Shown piece by piece: positions 9,992 to 17,783 of a stretch of 64,000 nt of DNA. The DNA comes from a virus (Duplodnaviria; Caudoviricetes): IMG/VR virus record IMGVR_UViG_3300028591_000150, positions 1-64,000 of that record. One strand, given 5' to 3'. The notes under the pieces are model-generated. The model had not been told where the DNA came from, ran no database searches, and saw nothing but the letters and a program-made list of their open reading frames with translations. A program made the translations under genes and the position numbers. Within the stretch, counting starts at the first letter, position 1, and each line of letters starts with the position of its first letter.

Positions 9992-10775
9992 AGTGGCGGC
10001 AATGGCCCTGTGTCGGCTGGGCAATCAGATGTTCATAGCGGCGGCAGCACGTACCTTCGCCAGTCGCACAGGACGTGAGTTCTACGGCTTGGTATATACC
10101 GATGTAGCGAGCGACTTCCCCCGTGAGCAGCAGGAGCGCATCATGCGGAACATCCGCTACATGCGCCCCGAAGAGGTGCGCGGGTATTACCACGTGCCGC
10201 ACGGCAAATATCTCTGCAACGGCTTCCCTGAGACCGACGCCGCCGACGTGCTGTTGGCCGACTTCTTCCAGGATGCCACCTGCATTGACCGCGACATTGC
10301 CTACGACCTCTTTGCACCATACGACAGCATCCTCACGGAGATTCGCAGTCTCTATGGCGATGTAAGCGACCGCGTGTGCATCAACGTGCGGCGCGGCGAC
10401 TACCTCTTGCGCGGCAACCCCGAACTGGGATTCCGCACGCTGTCGCAGGAAGACATCTGCGCCATCCTCGACGAGCACTTCCCGCACGACAAGGTGCTGT
10501 TTGTCTCTGATGATATAGAATGGTGTAAGGCGCATTTCACCGGTCCGCGCTTCGCCTTTGCCGACAAGCCCTGCCAGTACAAACCTGAGATGGACCTCTA
10601 CCTGCAGACCCAATGTAAGGCCAACGTCATCAGCAACTCCACCTTCTCGTGGTGGGGTGCCTACCTGAATGCCCGTTCCGAAAAGGTGGTCTGCCCCTGG
10701 CCGTGGTTCAACGGTGACAAAATCAGCCCAATGACCAACATCCTCCCGCCGTCATGGATAAAATGGAAAAAATAA
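9984..10775 (+). CDS. GT11 alpha-1,2-fucosyltransferase
   Basis: RLGNQMF, NVRRGDY, FVSDD and ISNSTFSWWGAYL motifs. Confidence 0.9.
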   Translation: MGRVAAMALCRLGNQMFIAAAARTFASRTGREFYGLVYTDVASDFPREQQERIMRNIRYMRPEEVRGYYHVPHGKYLCNGFPETDAADVLLADFFQDATCIDRDIAYDLFAPYDSILTEIRSLYGDVSDRVCINVRRGDYLLRGNPELGFRTLSQEDICAILDEHFPHDKVLFVSDDIEWCKAHFTGPRFAFADKPCQYKPEMDLYLQTQCKANVISNSTFSWWGAYLNARSEKVVCPWPWFNGDKISPMTNILPPSWIKWKK

Positions 10776-11476
10776 CCGTCTGCATCGTCAACTACAACAC
10801 GCCCGAGCTGACTGCCGCAGCCGTCCGCTCGCTGTGGAAGCATCACCCAAACTGTCGCATTGTCGTCTTCGATAATAGCGACAGACTTCCTTCCGGTGGG
10901 CTTAATAGGTTTAATAGGCAGATTGAAATTGTTGACAACACCAAAGGGCAAATTATTGACTTCGATAGTTACCTTCAGCAGTTTCCTAATAAAGAGACAG
11001 GTTCTGTCAACAAGAGCAACTATGGTTCCACCAAACACGCACTAAGCGTGCAGTGGATGATAGACAATACTGATGAGCCGTTTGTTCTGATGGACAGTGA
11101 TGTGCTCGTTTTTCAGTCAATCAACTGCTTTTGCAATCCTCGTTACGCATTCGTTGCGCATATCGGATGTAATACATATAGACGGTTTGGTCTTGAAATC
11201 TACCGCGCAGAGCCATTGCTTTGCTATATCAATGCCCCAATGCTCCGTAAGTACGGCATCCGCTACTTCAATCCCGATTATATGTGGGCGCTCAGTAATG
11301 TCAGTCCAAACAATAGATACGACACTGGCGCATGGCTCCTGAAGGACGTGCAGGAACATAATTTGCCATATCTCGACGTAGATACCAGTCATTATATCCT
11401 GCACTTTGGTCATGGTTCATGGAAGGAGAAGGACTATCGCCAATGGCTTGAATGGTATCGTGATTTATGGCAATAA
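10754..11476 (+). CDS. GT2-like glycosyltransferase, paralog of 8529..9239
   Basis: IVNYNT...VFDNS, MDSDV; shares NYGS, GIRYFN and DTGAW with 8529..9239. Confidence 0.8.
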   Translation: MDKMEKITVCIVNYNTPELTAAAVRSLWKHHPNCRIVVFDNSDRLPSGGLNRFNRQIEIVDNTKGQIIDFDSYLQQFPNKETGSVNKSNYGSTKHALSVQWMIDNTDEPFVLMDSDVLVFQSINCFCNPRYAFVAHIGCNTYRRFGLEIYRAEPLLCYINAPMLRKYGIRYFNPDYMWALSNVSPNNRYDTGAWLLKDVQEHNLPYLDVDTSHYILHFGHGSWKEKDYRQWLEWYRDLWQ

Positions 11477-11477
11477 G

Positions 11478-11512
11478 TGTCCGTTGTATTATTTTTCGAT
11501 GCGCTATCTTTG
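11478..11512 (+). promoter_or_regulatory. Late-type promoter (TGTCCG-N21-TATCTTTG)
   Basis: Exact motif and spacing. Confidence 0.75.
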
Positions 11513-11543
11513 TTGCAGACAAAACCAAACATAAAATAAGACA

Positions 11544-12215
11544 ATGTATATCGAACCCTGTTGTGCCGAAAGACAACTCGGCCATCTTTTTAGAGAAGAG
11601 CGTGGTCATGTCATAGCATTTCAGACGAGCGGCGATGTGACTTTTGAACATTGGATGAAAGCCGTTATGCTCATGTCTGGCGACCGCCCGAGAACACTCG
11701 CCCTTGCCGTACCTATCTTAACAGGCGCAATGATGCGACCACTGGCAAGGTATATGCGATTGGAGTGGATAGCAAAGTTAAGGCTAATGACCACCGACCC
11801 GATAGCGTATAATGTCATTTCGGATTTTGCAGGCATGGTCGGATGTGATGTCAATGTACTATTGGAGCGCATTGAACTTGCCTCAGACTCCAGCATTCCA
11901 GACGGGATGATAGCTTTCAGCGGACCCGATGGCACGGTGGCCATTCAGGGTCGGATCTATGATGAAGTAACGCCAGGGCTGTCTCTCTATGCCGGTGTGT
12001 TTGGCAGAACCGACAGCTCAGGTGTCCGTACTATAATGGATGCCTGGAACGCCAATTTCAAGGCACGGCGGTATGAAGTAGCATTACTTTCGCAACAAAC
12101 AGAACAGCCAAAGAAGAAAAAGACAACCCGTAAAAAGAACAAGAACAATGAAACTAAACCTATGGAAACGATGGCAGGAACATCGCAAAAAAAAGAAACA
12201 AGAGAAGCAAAATAG
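11544..12215 (+). CDS. Hypothetical protein with basic C-terminal tail
   Basis: 223-aa ORF downstream of late-type promoter. Confidence 0.75.
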   Translation: MYIEPCCAERQLGHLFREERGHVIAFQTSGDVTFEHWMKAVMLMSGDRPRTLALAVPILTGAMMRPLARYMRLEWIAKLRLMTTDPIAYNVISDFAGMVGCDVNVLLERIELASDSSIPDGMIAFSGPDGTVAIQGRIYDEVTPGLSLYAGVFGRTDSSGVRTIMDAWNANFKARRYEVALLSQQTEQPKKKKTTRKKNKNNETKPMETMAGTSQKKETREAK

Positions 12216-12702
12216 AAGTTTGATGCGGACTTGGATCTGGTTGGAAAAGATTTTCGAGAGCGGAATGCTATCGTTCGACCATAAATCCCACAGACTCTTC
12301 ATCTCCCAACCAGTTGCAGTGCTTCTGATGGCAAATGGTGCAGATGGCTGGACTAAAAGCATTCATGCCATCTATCAATACACCTACTTTCGTCTGTTGC
12401 AGCAGGCATGGGAGGACTTCATGCAAAAAGAAGAACTTGCTGCAGTTCGTAATGCCATGAGCAGTCCAGCAGGTGACAAGATAACTAGGGATGACATCGA
12501 GCGCATCAAGCGTTCACGCCGTTCTGAAATTGCCGTCGGTGACATGGAGCCTCCAAAGATTGAGCCATTTGAATTTTTCATTTTGCCTGACAGTACGGAG
12601 GCAAAAGTGGAACCTTTAGGCATCGGATATTACGACCCTAACAAAAGAGAGATGGAAGTGGCCACCTGGGAAGACGTGAAAAGTCTTATTAAAACGCAAT
12701 AA
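12148..12702 (+). CDS. Hypothetical protein
   Basis: 184-aa ORF overlapping the previous gene end. Confidence 0.7.
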   Translation: MKLNLWKRWQEHRKKKKQEKQNRSLMRTWIWLEKIFESGMLSFDHKSHRLFISQPVAVLLMANGADGWTKSIHAIYQYTYFRLLQQAWEDFMQKEELAAVRNAMSSPAGDKITRDDIERIKRSRRSEIAVGDMEPPKIEPFEFFILPDSTEAKVEPLGIGYYDPNKREMEVATWEDVKSLIKTQ

Positions 12703-12759
12703 AGTTATGGGCACGATATGTCTTGATAGCGGATGAAAAGACACAATGAGACCTGCGAG

Positions 12760-12895
12760 AAAAAAATAGTGGGTCTCGGCTCCTTCATACTCTCTACTTT
12801 ATTACTACGGCACATCTGCACCTCACCGAGACCCACAAATGGGACTTCTTGTGTGTGCAGATGTGCTATTTTTTAATTGTGTAATAAAGTAGAGA
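12760..12895 (-). ncRNA. Candidate structured small RNA with pseudoknot
   Basis: Three perfect pairings (15, 12, 11 bp), -7 box TATATTTG at 12899-12906 on minus, terminal U run. Confidence 0.6.
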
Positions 12896-13006
12896 TTGCA
12901 AATATACTAATAAGTGTGTGAACAACAAAAAGAAAAATCAATTTTCTTTCCTTTTCCGAACAAAATTATATTTCACGACAGCATAATTAGTTTAAGTTTT
13001 AATATT

Positions 13007-13243
13007 ATGAGTATGAAACGAGCAGATTTAATTCTATTTAATGAGGAAATGATGAGGAAACTGCGAAAAGCAGGTGTACGCCCTGATGATTATAAGTACG
13101 CAGACCTATATCGCGAATATCAGAGGCTCGTCCTTACAGATAGTAGCCGCAAAGCCATTATCCTTTCATTGGCGCAAAGGTATGGTTATACTGACAGGCA
13201 GGTGTATAATATCATCAAACACATGGAAAAGAATGTCGATTAG
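13007..13243 (+). CDS. Small HTH DNA-binding protein (Mor C-terminal-like)
   Basis: LAQRYGYTDRQVYNIIK helix-turn-helix pattern. Confidence 0.7.
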   Translation: MSMKRADLILFNEEMMRKLRKAGVRPDDYKYADLYREYQRLVLTDSSRKAIILSLAQRYGYTDRQVYNIIKHMEKNVD

Positions 13244-13280
13244 GAAAAATAGCGGAGGTGCTGTCTCAGCTGCTCCGCTA
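13244..13280. terminator. Hairpin between convergent genes
   Basis: TAGCGGAG/CTCCGCTA stem with A run on the left. Confidence 0.65.
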
Positions 13281-13318
13281 CCAAACAATCTTATTAACCA
13301 TATAAACATCTTTATGTT

Positions 13319-13582
13319 TCAACTTCCTTTTTCGATAGGATTACCGTTCTTGTCATAGTTCTGCGTGAACTTGGCGACAAAAGCCATTCCTGCAGGTATG
13401 CCGAGCAGGTATGGATATATGTCATTCCACCATTCGTGTGTTGTGCCACCGCCAGCTGTGATAGCTGTATTCACCGCAAGTGCAGTGCCGCTGATCAATG
13501 CGCATACCCAGCAAATACGCGAGAAGAATTTCGGCATGGCGTTTCGCCATCTGGAGTGCAGTGTATTGATAAACTTCTTCAT
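13319..13582 (-). CDS. Putative holin (two TM helices)
   Basis: 87 aa, two hydrophobic segments, charged termini. Confidence 0.6.
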   Translation of the reverse strand: MKKFINTLHSRWRNAMPKFFSRICWVCALISGTALAVNTAITAGGGTTHEWWNDIYPYLLGIPAGMAFVAKFTQNYDKNGNPIEKGS

Positions 13583-13583
13583 G

Positions 13584-13919
13584 TTATTTCGAACGATTAA
13601 CGCTGTCTGTAATAGCGAGAAGGTTGTTCAGGTTCTTGACATCCGATGCCAGCGAACCGATGCTGGCACCCATCTGTCCCATTTGTTTGACAAGATCGAC
13701 CTTCATGTCGTTTAGCGTGTCAAAAATTTCATCCTGCTTCTTTGAATGAGCATCAAGGCGTTTAGTCATGTTGTCTATGATTTTTTGTTGGTTCTCGACG
13801 GTTTTATGCAGGACGGCGACATCAACGATGAGTTTTCTGATGTACCCTGCATACAGTCCTATTGCCGTGATAAATGCCCCTAAAATGGACTGCCAGATGT
13901 CTGTTACTATTGTTTCCAT
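13584..13919 (-). CDS. Membrane protein with TM plus coiled coil (holin/antiholin-like)
   Basis: N-terminal TM then heptad repeats; start METIV at 13919. Confidence 0.55.
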   Translation of the reverse strand: METIVTDIWQSILGAFITAIGLYAGYIRKLIVDVAVLHKTVENQQKIIDNMTKRLDAHSKKQDEIFDTLNDMKVDLVKQMGQMGASIGSLASDVKNLNNLLAITDSVNRSK

Positions 13920-13944
13920 TTTTTTATTTTTATTTTTCTTGATA

Positions 13945-13979
13945 CAAAGGTACAACCGAAATGAATTGGAACACGGACA
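13945..13979 (-). promoter_or_regulatory. Late-type promoter of holin genes (TGTCCG-N21-TACCTTTG)
   Basis: Exact motif and spacing on minus strand. Confidence 0.75.
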
Positions 13980-13981
13980 AT

Positions 13982-14015
13982 AAAAAGCGGGCAGCCTGCA
14001 TAGCGCTGACTGCCC
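13982..14015 (-). terminator. Terminator of the Cys-rich operon
   Basis: GGGCAG/CTGCCC stem with T run on minus strand. Confidence 0.6.
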
Positions 14016-14044
14016 AAACCATTCACGGCGATATGAACGGCAGA

Positions 14045-14317
14045 TTATTTTCTCGCGAACAACTTGCTTATAAGCCAGAAGACCGATGTGGTGAAGACAT
14101 TGGCTGCGACATCACTTCCGAAAGCCTTGTACCATTGGTCTCGGTCAGCGTGCTCAACGAGATGCTTCAGGTCACGCTGATTCTGCTGTATCGCCTGCAA
14201 GATTTTATCGTTGTTCGTGTTATTTGCCGATATCATGACAAAGAGCCGCTTTTCCTCGTCACTCATCTTGTTGTAGATGCGTTCGAGAAGCATTCTGCGA
14301 GCGATGGCACGGTTCAT
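14045..14317 (-). CDS. Hypothetical protein with C-terminal hydrophobic helix (operon gene I)
   Basis: 90 aa, last gene before terminator. Confidence 0.7.
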   Translation of the reverse strand: MNRAIARRMLLERIYNKMSDEEKRLFVMISANNTNNDKILQAIQQNQRDLKHLVEHADRDQWYKAFGSDVAANVFTTSVFWLISKLFARK

Positions 14318-14356
14318 TTTTGCTGGGTTGGTACATCAAAATCGCAAGACAAACTT

Positions 14357-14863
14357 CTAAAGCCCGAAATAAGAGCGGATATCGTACACGCCATCCTTAT
14401 CCTTCAGTACGTCAAGTGCCATGGCATGAATACCGGGAACGATTTGATCTGCCTGTATCTCGTTAAGTGGTTTCTTTAGAATTTTATCGGCGATTGTCTG
14501 GGCATGGTCAGTGTACTGCTTGTTCATTTCTGCCCATAGTGCGCACCGGTTGTAGAAAGGTGCTTCGTCTGTAGGAATACCCATGCTCTGCATTGCATTG
14601 TTCCACACCTCTCGTGTCCAAGGTGCCTTTGGTTGCATCTTGGCAACGATAGCTTCTGCTTCTTTGGGCGTGAGGTACTGCTGCCAGCGGATAGATTCGA
14701 GCTTTTGGATCATCTCCTCTGCTTCTGCCGGCATCTTCTGGAGCATAGCGTCCATCATTTCGGTCATTACGTGTCCGAAAGCCTTCATGTTTTTCGGATC
14801 ACGGCTCTGAACCATGTAGTCGTAGAGCATGTCGTACTGCTCTTTCAGTTCTTGTGGGGTCAT
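14357..14863 (-). CDS. Hypothetical helical, Met-rich protein (operon gene H; DUF7841-like from memory)
   Basis: 168-aa ORF ending LKDKDGVYDIRSYF. Confidence 0.75.
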   Translation of the reverse strand: MTPQELKEQYDMLYDYMVQSRDPKNMKAFGHVMTEMMDAMLQKMPAEAEEMIQKLESIRWQQYLTPKEAEAIVAKMQPKAPWTREVWNNAMQSMGIPTDEAPFYNRCALWAEMNKQYTDHAQTIADKILKKPLNEIQADQIVPGIHAMALDVLKDKDGVYDIRSYFGL

Positions 14864-14972
14864 AATCTTATTTTCCTTTAAAGTGAAACATTAAGCCGAT
14901 TTCGACATCCTTATTTGCATAATACAAGAGGAAATAAGCAGTAATCGGCGATTTATACTTCTTGTTTTCCGC

Positions 14973-15143
14973 TCAGCATCCTGGGCAACGAGCCGTAGGG
15001 ATTCTGGGTGTGTATTGAACAGGTACACGGCGGACGGCTGGCGCCTTGCGCCTGGCCACAGAGACAGACATTGCCGGTTTTTCATTCGTTTTCGGTTCTG
15101 TCTTTGCCGCAGTCTTCTTTGCCGATGTTTTCGATGATGCCAT
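14973..15143 (-). CDS. Small basic protein ending in CPGC (operon gene G)
   Basis: AT-rich start, 56 aa, overlaps end of upstream gene. Confidence 0.5.
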   Translation of the reverse strand: MASSKTSAKKTAAKTEPKTNEKPAMSVSVARRKAPAVRRVPVQYTPRIPTARCPGC

Positions 15144-15438
15144 ATATTTTATTATATAAAGTGTCGATTGCATACATAGTTAGTTCAAGCCAGATGGCGG
15201 TGTAGGAGCAAAGGAGGGATATTGCAAGCAAGCCCGGCAGTGCAGCGGCAATGGCCATTGGAGAATAGAACGGCAGAGTGGCTATCCCGTATGCCATTAC
15301 ACTCCAACATGTCAGACATCGCGGACAGTTTATGATTGGTAAAGGGTGCCTTATAATGCGCTCGATAGTACCTATCAATCCGAGATGATTGACCGCCGTG
15401 CAGACGAAGACGATTGCTGCGATATCCCTCCAGTCCAT
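15082..15438 (-). CDS. Membrane protein with CxxCxxCW motif (DUF1360-like; operon gene F)
   Basis: CPRCLTCW followed by TM helices. Confidence 0.7.
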   Translation of the reverse strand: MDWRDIAAIVFVCTAVNHLGLIGTIERIIRHPLPIINCPRCLTCWSVMAYGIATLPFYSPMAIAAALPGLLAISLLCSYTAIWLELTMYAIDTLYNKIYGIIENIGKEDCGKDRTENE

Positions 15439-15441
15439 AGT

Positions 15442-15897
15442 TTATGCACCTGTTGCGACTGTGAAGGCAAACTCCACGTTTGCGACATTGGTGGACGGAC
15501 AGCCGCATGATACTCCAACGGGCGTTGCACTCACGCCAATAGCTGTTACAACGGGCACATCTGCTGATGGGCATGGGACACACTTTGTCACAATGACCTT
15601 CTCTGTCTGCAGACAGTTGTTGGGACAGCCATTTCCGCAGCGGTACACCTGCTGATAGGTGAGGTCACAGATGCAGCGGATGTCGCAGCAATACTGGTCT
15701 CCAACTGGTCTTGGTACACCAAGCACCTGAATGTCGAAGTTACTTGCCATGGGGAATCCGTCGGCAGTTACACACATCTGACGATTGCCGCAAGTGTAGT
15801 GCGTGCAGTCCATCAGATAACTGGTAGATGCGGGGGTTCCACCGGGGTACGGAGTCAGACTGTTGTAGTAAGTCTTTCCATTCTGATTACAATTCAT
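15442..15897 (-). CDS. Cys-rich beta protein (operon gene E)
   Basis: 15 Cys in 151 aa. Confidence 0.75.
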   Translation of the reverse strand: MNCNQNGKTYYNSLTPYPGGTPASTSYLMDCTHYTCGNRQMCVTADGFPMASNFDIQVLGVPRPVGDQYCCDIRCICDLTYQQVYRCGNGCPNNCLQTEKVIVTKCVPCPSADVPVVTAIGVSATPVGVSCGCPSTNVANVEFAFTVATGA

Positions 15898-15969
15898 AGT
15901 TTTATGTATTTATGGGTTTATTTATACGAGGACCTATTCTCTGCACCGTCCTCCTCCTGTGCGTTTGGG

Positions 15970-16272
15970 TTATTTTGTAATCTTTTCCGCATTGGGTTTT
16001 TCAGCGAACTCCTTTGGGAACAACTCAGACTCGACATTTGGCGCAAAGACTGTGGCTTCGCTGTTCTGAATAGCCTCTATCTTTTCAGCCATCTCCTGAA
16101 CAGTGCCTTGCATAGCGGCCATGTCCTCCTGCATCTTGCTTAGCACTTCCATCATTTTGTCGAGCACCTTCATATTTGAGTAAGCATGTTGCGAAGCGCA
16201 GTATGCACGCTGTGCCGGTGCGCAGTTCAGACAGTTGCCTGAGCATTGAAATTTCTGATTATTGTCTGCCAT
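15970..16272 (-). CDS. CxxxCxxC-x7-C plus coiled-coil protein (operon gene D)
   Basis: Start MADNNQKFQCSGNCLNC at 16272. Confidence 0.7.
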   Translation of the reverse strand: MADNNQKFQCSGNCLNCAPAQRAYCASQHAYSNMKVLDKMMEVLSKMQEDMAAMQGTVQEMAEKIEAIQNSEATVFAPNVESELFPKEFAEKPNAEKITK

Positions 16273-16277
16273 AGGTT

Positions 16278-16481
16278 TTATTGTTTGAAGTGATTGATGA
16301 TTTTCGATTTCACAAAGGCATTCTCGTCCCAATGCGATATGCCGTCGGCTATTTTACTTCCGGTGACGGGTATTCCGAGTGCGCCCATATCGTTGACAAA
16401 CTGGCCGAGAGCGTGTTGGGCGTGTTGTGCCTCCTGCTCGTCTTCAGCATAGATTTTGATTGTGATAGGATATACATTCAT
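16278..16481 (-). CDS. Hypothetical protein (operon gene C)
   Basis: 67 aa, tight spacing. Confidence 0.7.
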   Translation of the reverse strand: MNVYPITIKIYAEDEQEAQHAQHALGQFVNDMGALGIPVTGSKIADGISHWDENAFVKSKIINHFKQ

Positions 16482-16492
16482 AATGCCGTGAA

Positions 16493-16849
16493 TTAGTTAA
16501 TAGGTGGGAGCGGGCTATCGACGGGTGGTGTGTCTGGAACCGCTCCGCGCTTCTTGATGATGCCCTGGATAAAGTCGTAGGCCTGTGCCAATGTACCTTG
16601 GTTCTCTTTAAGCCAACCCATGATGCCGTTGACGGTTTGGGCTGTGTTCTGCTGCCATGTCAGTGGTACAGGATCATAGTCTGGCAAGTCGGGCATGTCG
16701 CCTGCAAAGAAGTCATAGAGTTCCTTCGCTTCTTTCAAGTCACCTTTTGCACAAAAGAGACATTGCAGTTTCAGACTGCTCTTACTCGTTGCTCTTATAC
16801 CTTGCTGTACCATCTGCATACGTCGTTTCTTTTTTCCATAACCAAACAT
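16493..16849 (-). CDS. Hypothetical protein (operon gene B)
   Basis: 118 aa, Pro-rich C-terminus. Confidence 0.7.
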   Translation of the reverse strand: MFGYGKKKRRMQMVQQGIRATSKSSLKLQCLFCAKGDLKEAKELYDFFAGDMPDLPDYDPVPLTWQQNTAQTVNGIMGWLKENQGTLAQAYDFIQGIIKKRGAVPDTPPVDSPLPPIN

Positions 16850-16874
16850 ATTGCCGTGAATTAGAGTTTAGGGA

Positions 16875-16915
16875 TGAAGGGCAGCGTTCTTGAAATAGAA
16901 AGTCGCCGCCCTTCA
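16875..16915 (-). terminator. Intra-operon stem-loop after gene A
   Basis: TGAAGGGCAGCG/CGCCGCCCTTCA stem, no U run. Confidence 0.55.
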
Positions 16916-16922
16916 AGGCCAT

Positions 16923-17477
16923 TTAGCCGTTGCAACCGCAGCCAGGGCAAGGACAGGGCTGTGGAGCCGAGTAGATGCTCACTGGAGTGGGGTTCAGGCT
17001 AGCGCGACCCGTCACGAAATCCTCGTAGGTTTTCGTCATCACGCTGTTCACAGCGCTCAATTCTGCTGCTTGCTGCGCAGTGAGAGTGCCTTGCTGACTG
17101 CCGCTTACGGTGTCAGTGATGGTCTGCGTGATAGTCTGGTCGCCGTTGATACGTTCTGCACGCTCTGCAGCAAACAGACTGGTCAACTGGTCGAGCTGGC
17201 GTTGGGTAGCGCCGTTCTGCAGTGCGGCAATCTCCTTAGCGGCAATAGCCACCTCCTTTGCCTGGTTAGCCTTGGCGTTGCCGTACATAGGACCGAAGAT
17301 CCATGCACCAACACCGATGGCAGTGCCGACGGTGCCGAGAACAAGTCCAGCCACACCGATGCCGCTTGTGTGGTGGCGGTTCTGCATGTAGCCCACCTTC
17401 ACCTGCTCGTAAGGTGACATGCTGCCTTCGCCTCCCATAGACTTCAAGGCCATCAAGTCTTGCATTTCAAGTGCCAT
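16923..17477 (-). CDS. Gly-rich hydrophobic segment, coiled coil and C-terminal CPCPGCGC protein (operon gene A)
   Basis: GIGVAGLVLGTVGTAIGVGAWIFG; start MALEMQD at 17477. Confidence 0.8.
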   Translation of the reverse strand: MALEMQDLMALKSMGGEGSMSPYEQVKVGYMQNRHHTSGIGVAGLVLGTVGTAIGVGAWIFGPMYGNAKANQAKEVAIAAKEIAALQNGATQRQLDQLTSLFAAERAERINGDQTITQTITDTVSGSQQGTLTAQQAAELSAVNSVMTKTYEDFVTGRASLNPTPVSIYSAPQPCPCPGCGCNG

Positions 17478-17550
17478 AGTTTTGAAGTTTTTTGATGTGA
17501 ATAAATTTGGTTTTGTTGGTCGAGCCGCAAGAATTGACGGCTTCCACAAG

Positions 17551-17585
17551 CAAAATTACCCCAAACATTGCACAAAAAACAAGAT
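17551..17585 (-). promoter_or_regulatory. Host-type promoter of the Cys-rich operon (TTG-N21-TAATTTTG)
   Basis: -7 box TAATTTTG with TTG rather than TGTCCG at the upstream position. Confidence 0.55.
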
Positions 17586-17719
17586 ACTGCCAGATACTAC
17601 ATGAAGTCCGCTTTTCAACCCGACAAAACACATTTCAATCCTTTTTATTACAATGAATTATAGTCAAAAGAAATTCAATGAAATGTGCAAATAGATGTCT
17701 TTTATTGCTATATAAACAC

Positions 17720-17760
17720 AAAAAATAGCGGCTTCCATTTCAATTTTTGAAAGCCGCTAT
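17720..17760 (-). terminator. Terminator after tape measure gene
   Basis: ATAGCGGCTT/AAGCCGCTAT stem with T run on minus. Confidence 0.75.
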
Positions 17761-17783
17761 GAGTTAAAATTTCTTTAAAACGG

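Noticed and set aside
7614-11476. GT cluster as captured host capsule locus or DNA-hypermodification system
   Set aside because: No wzx/wzy/wza or sugar-synthesis genes, no base-modifying enzymes nearby, and it has the late-type promoter; disfavoured, not excluded
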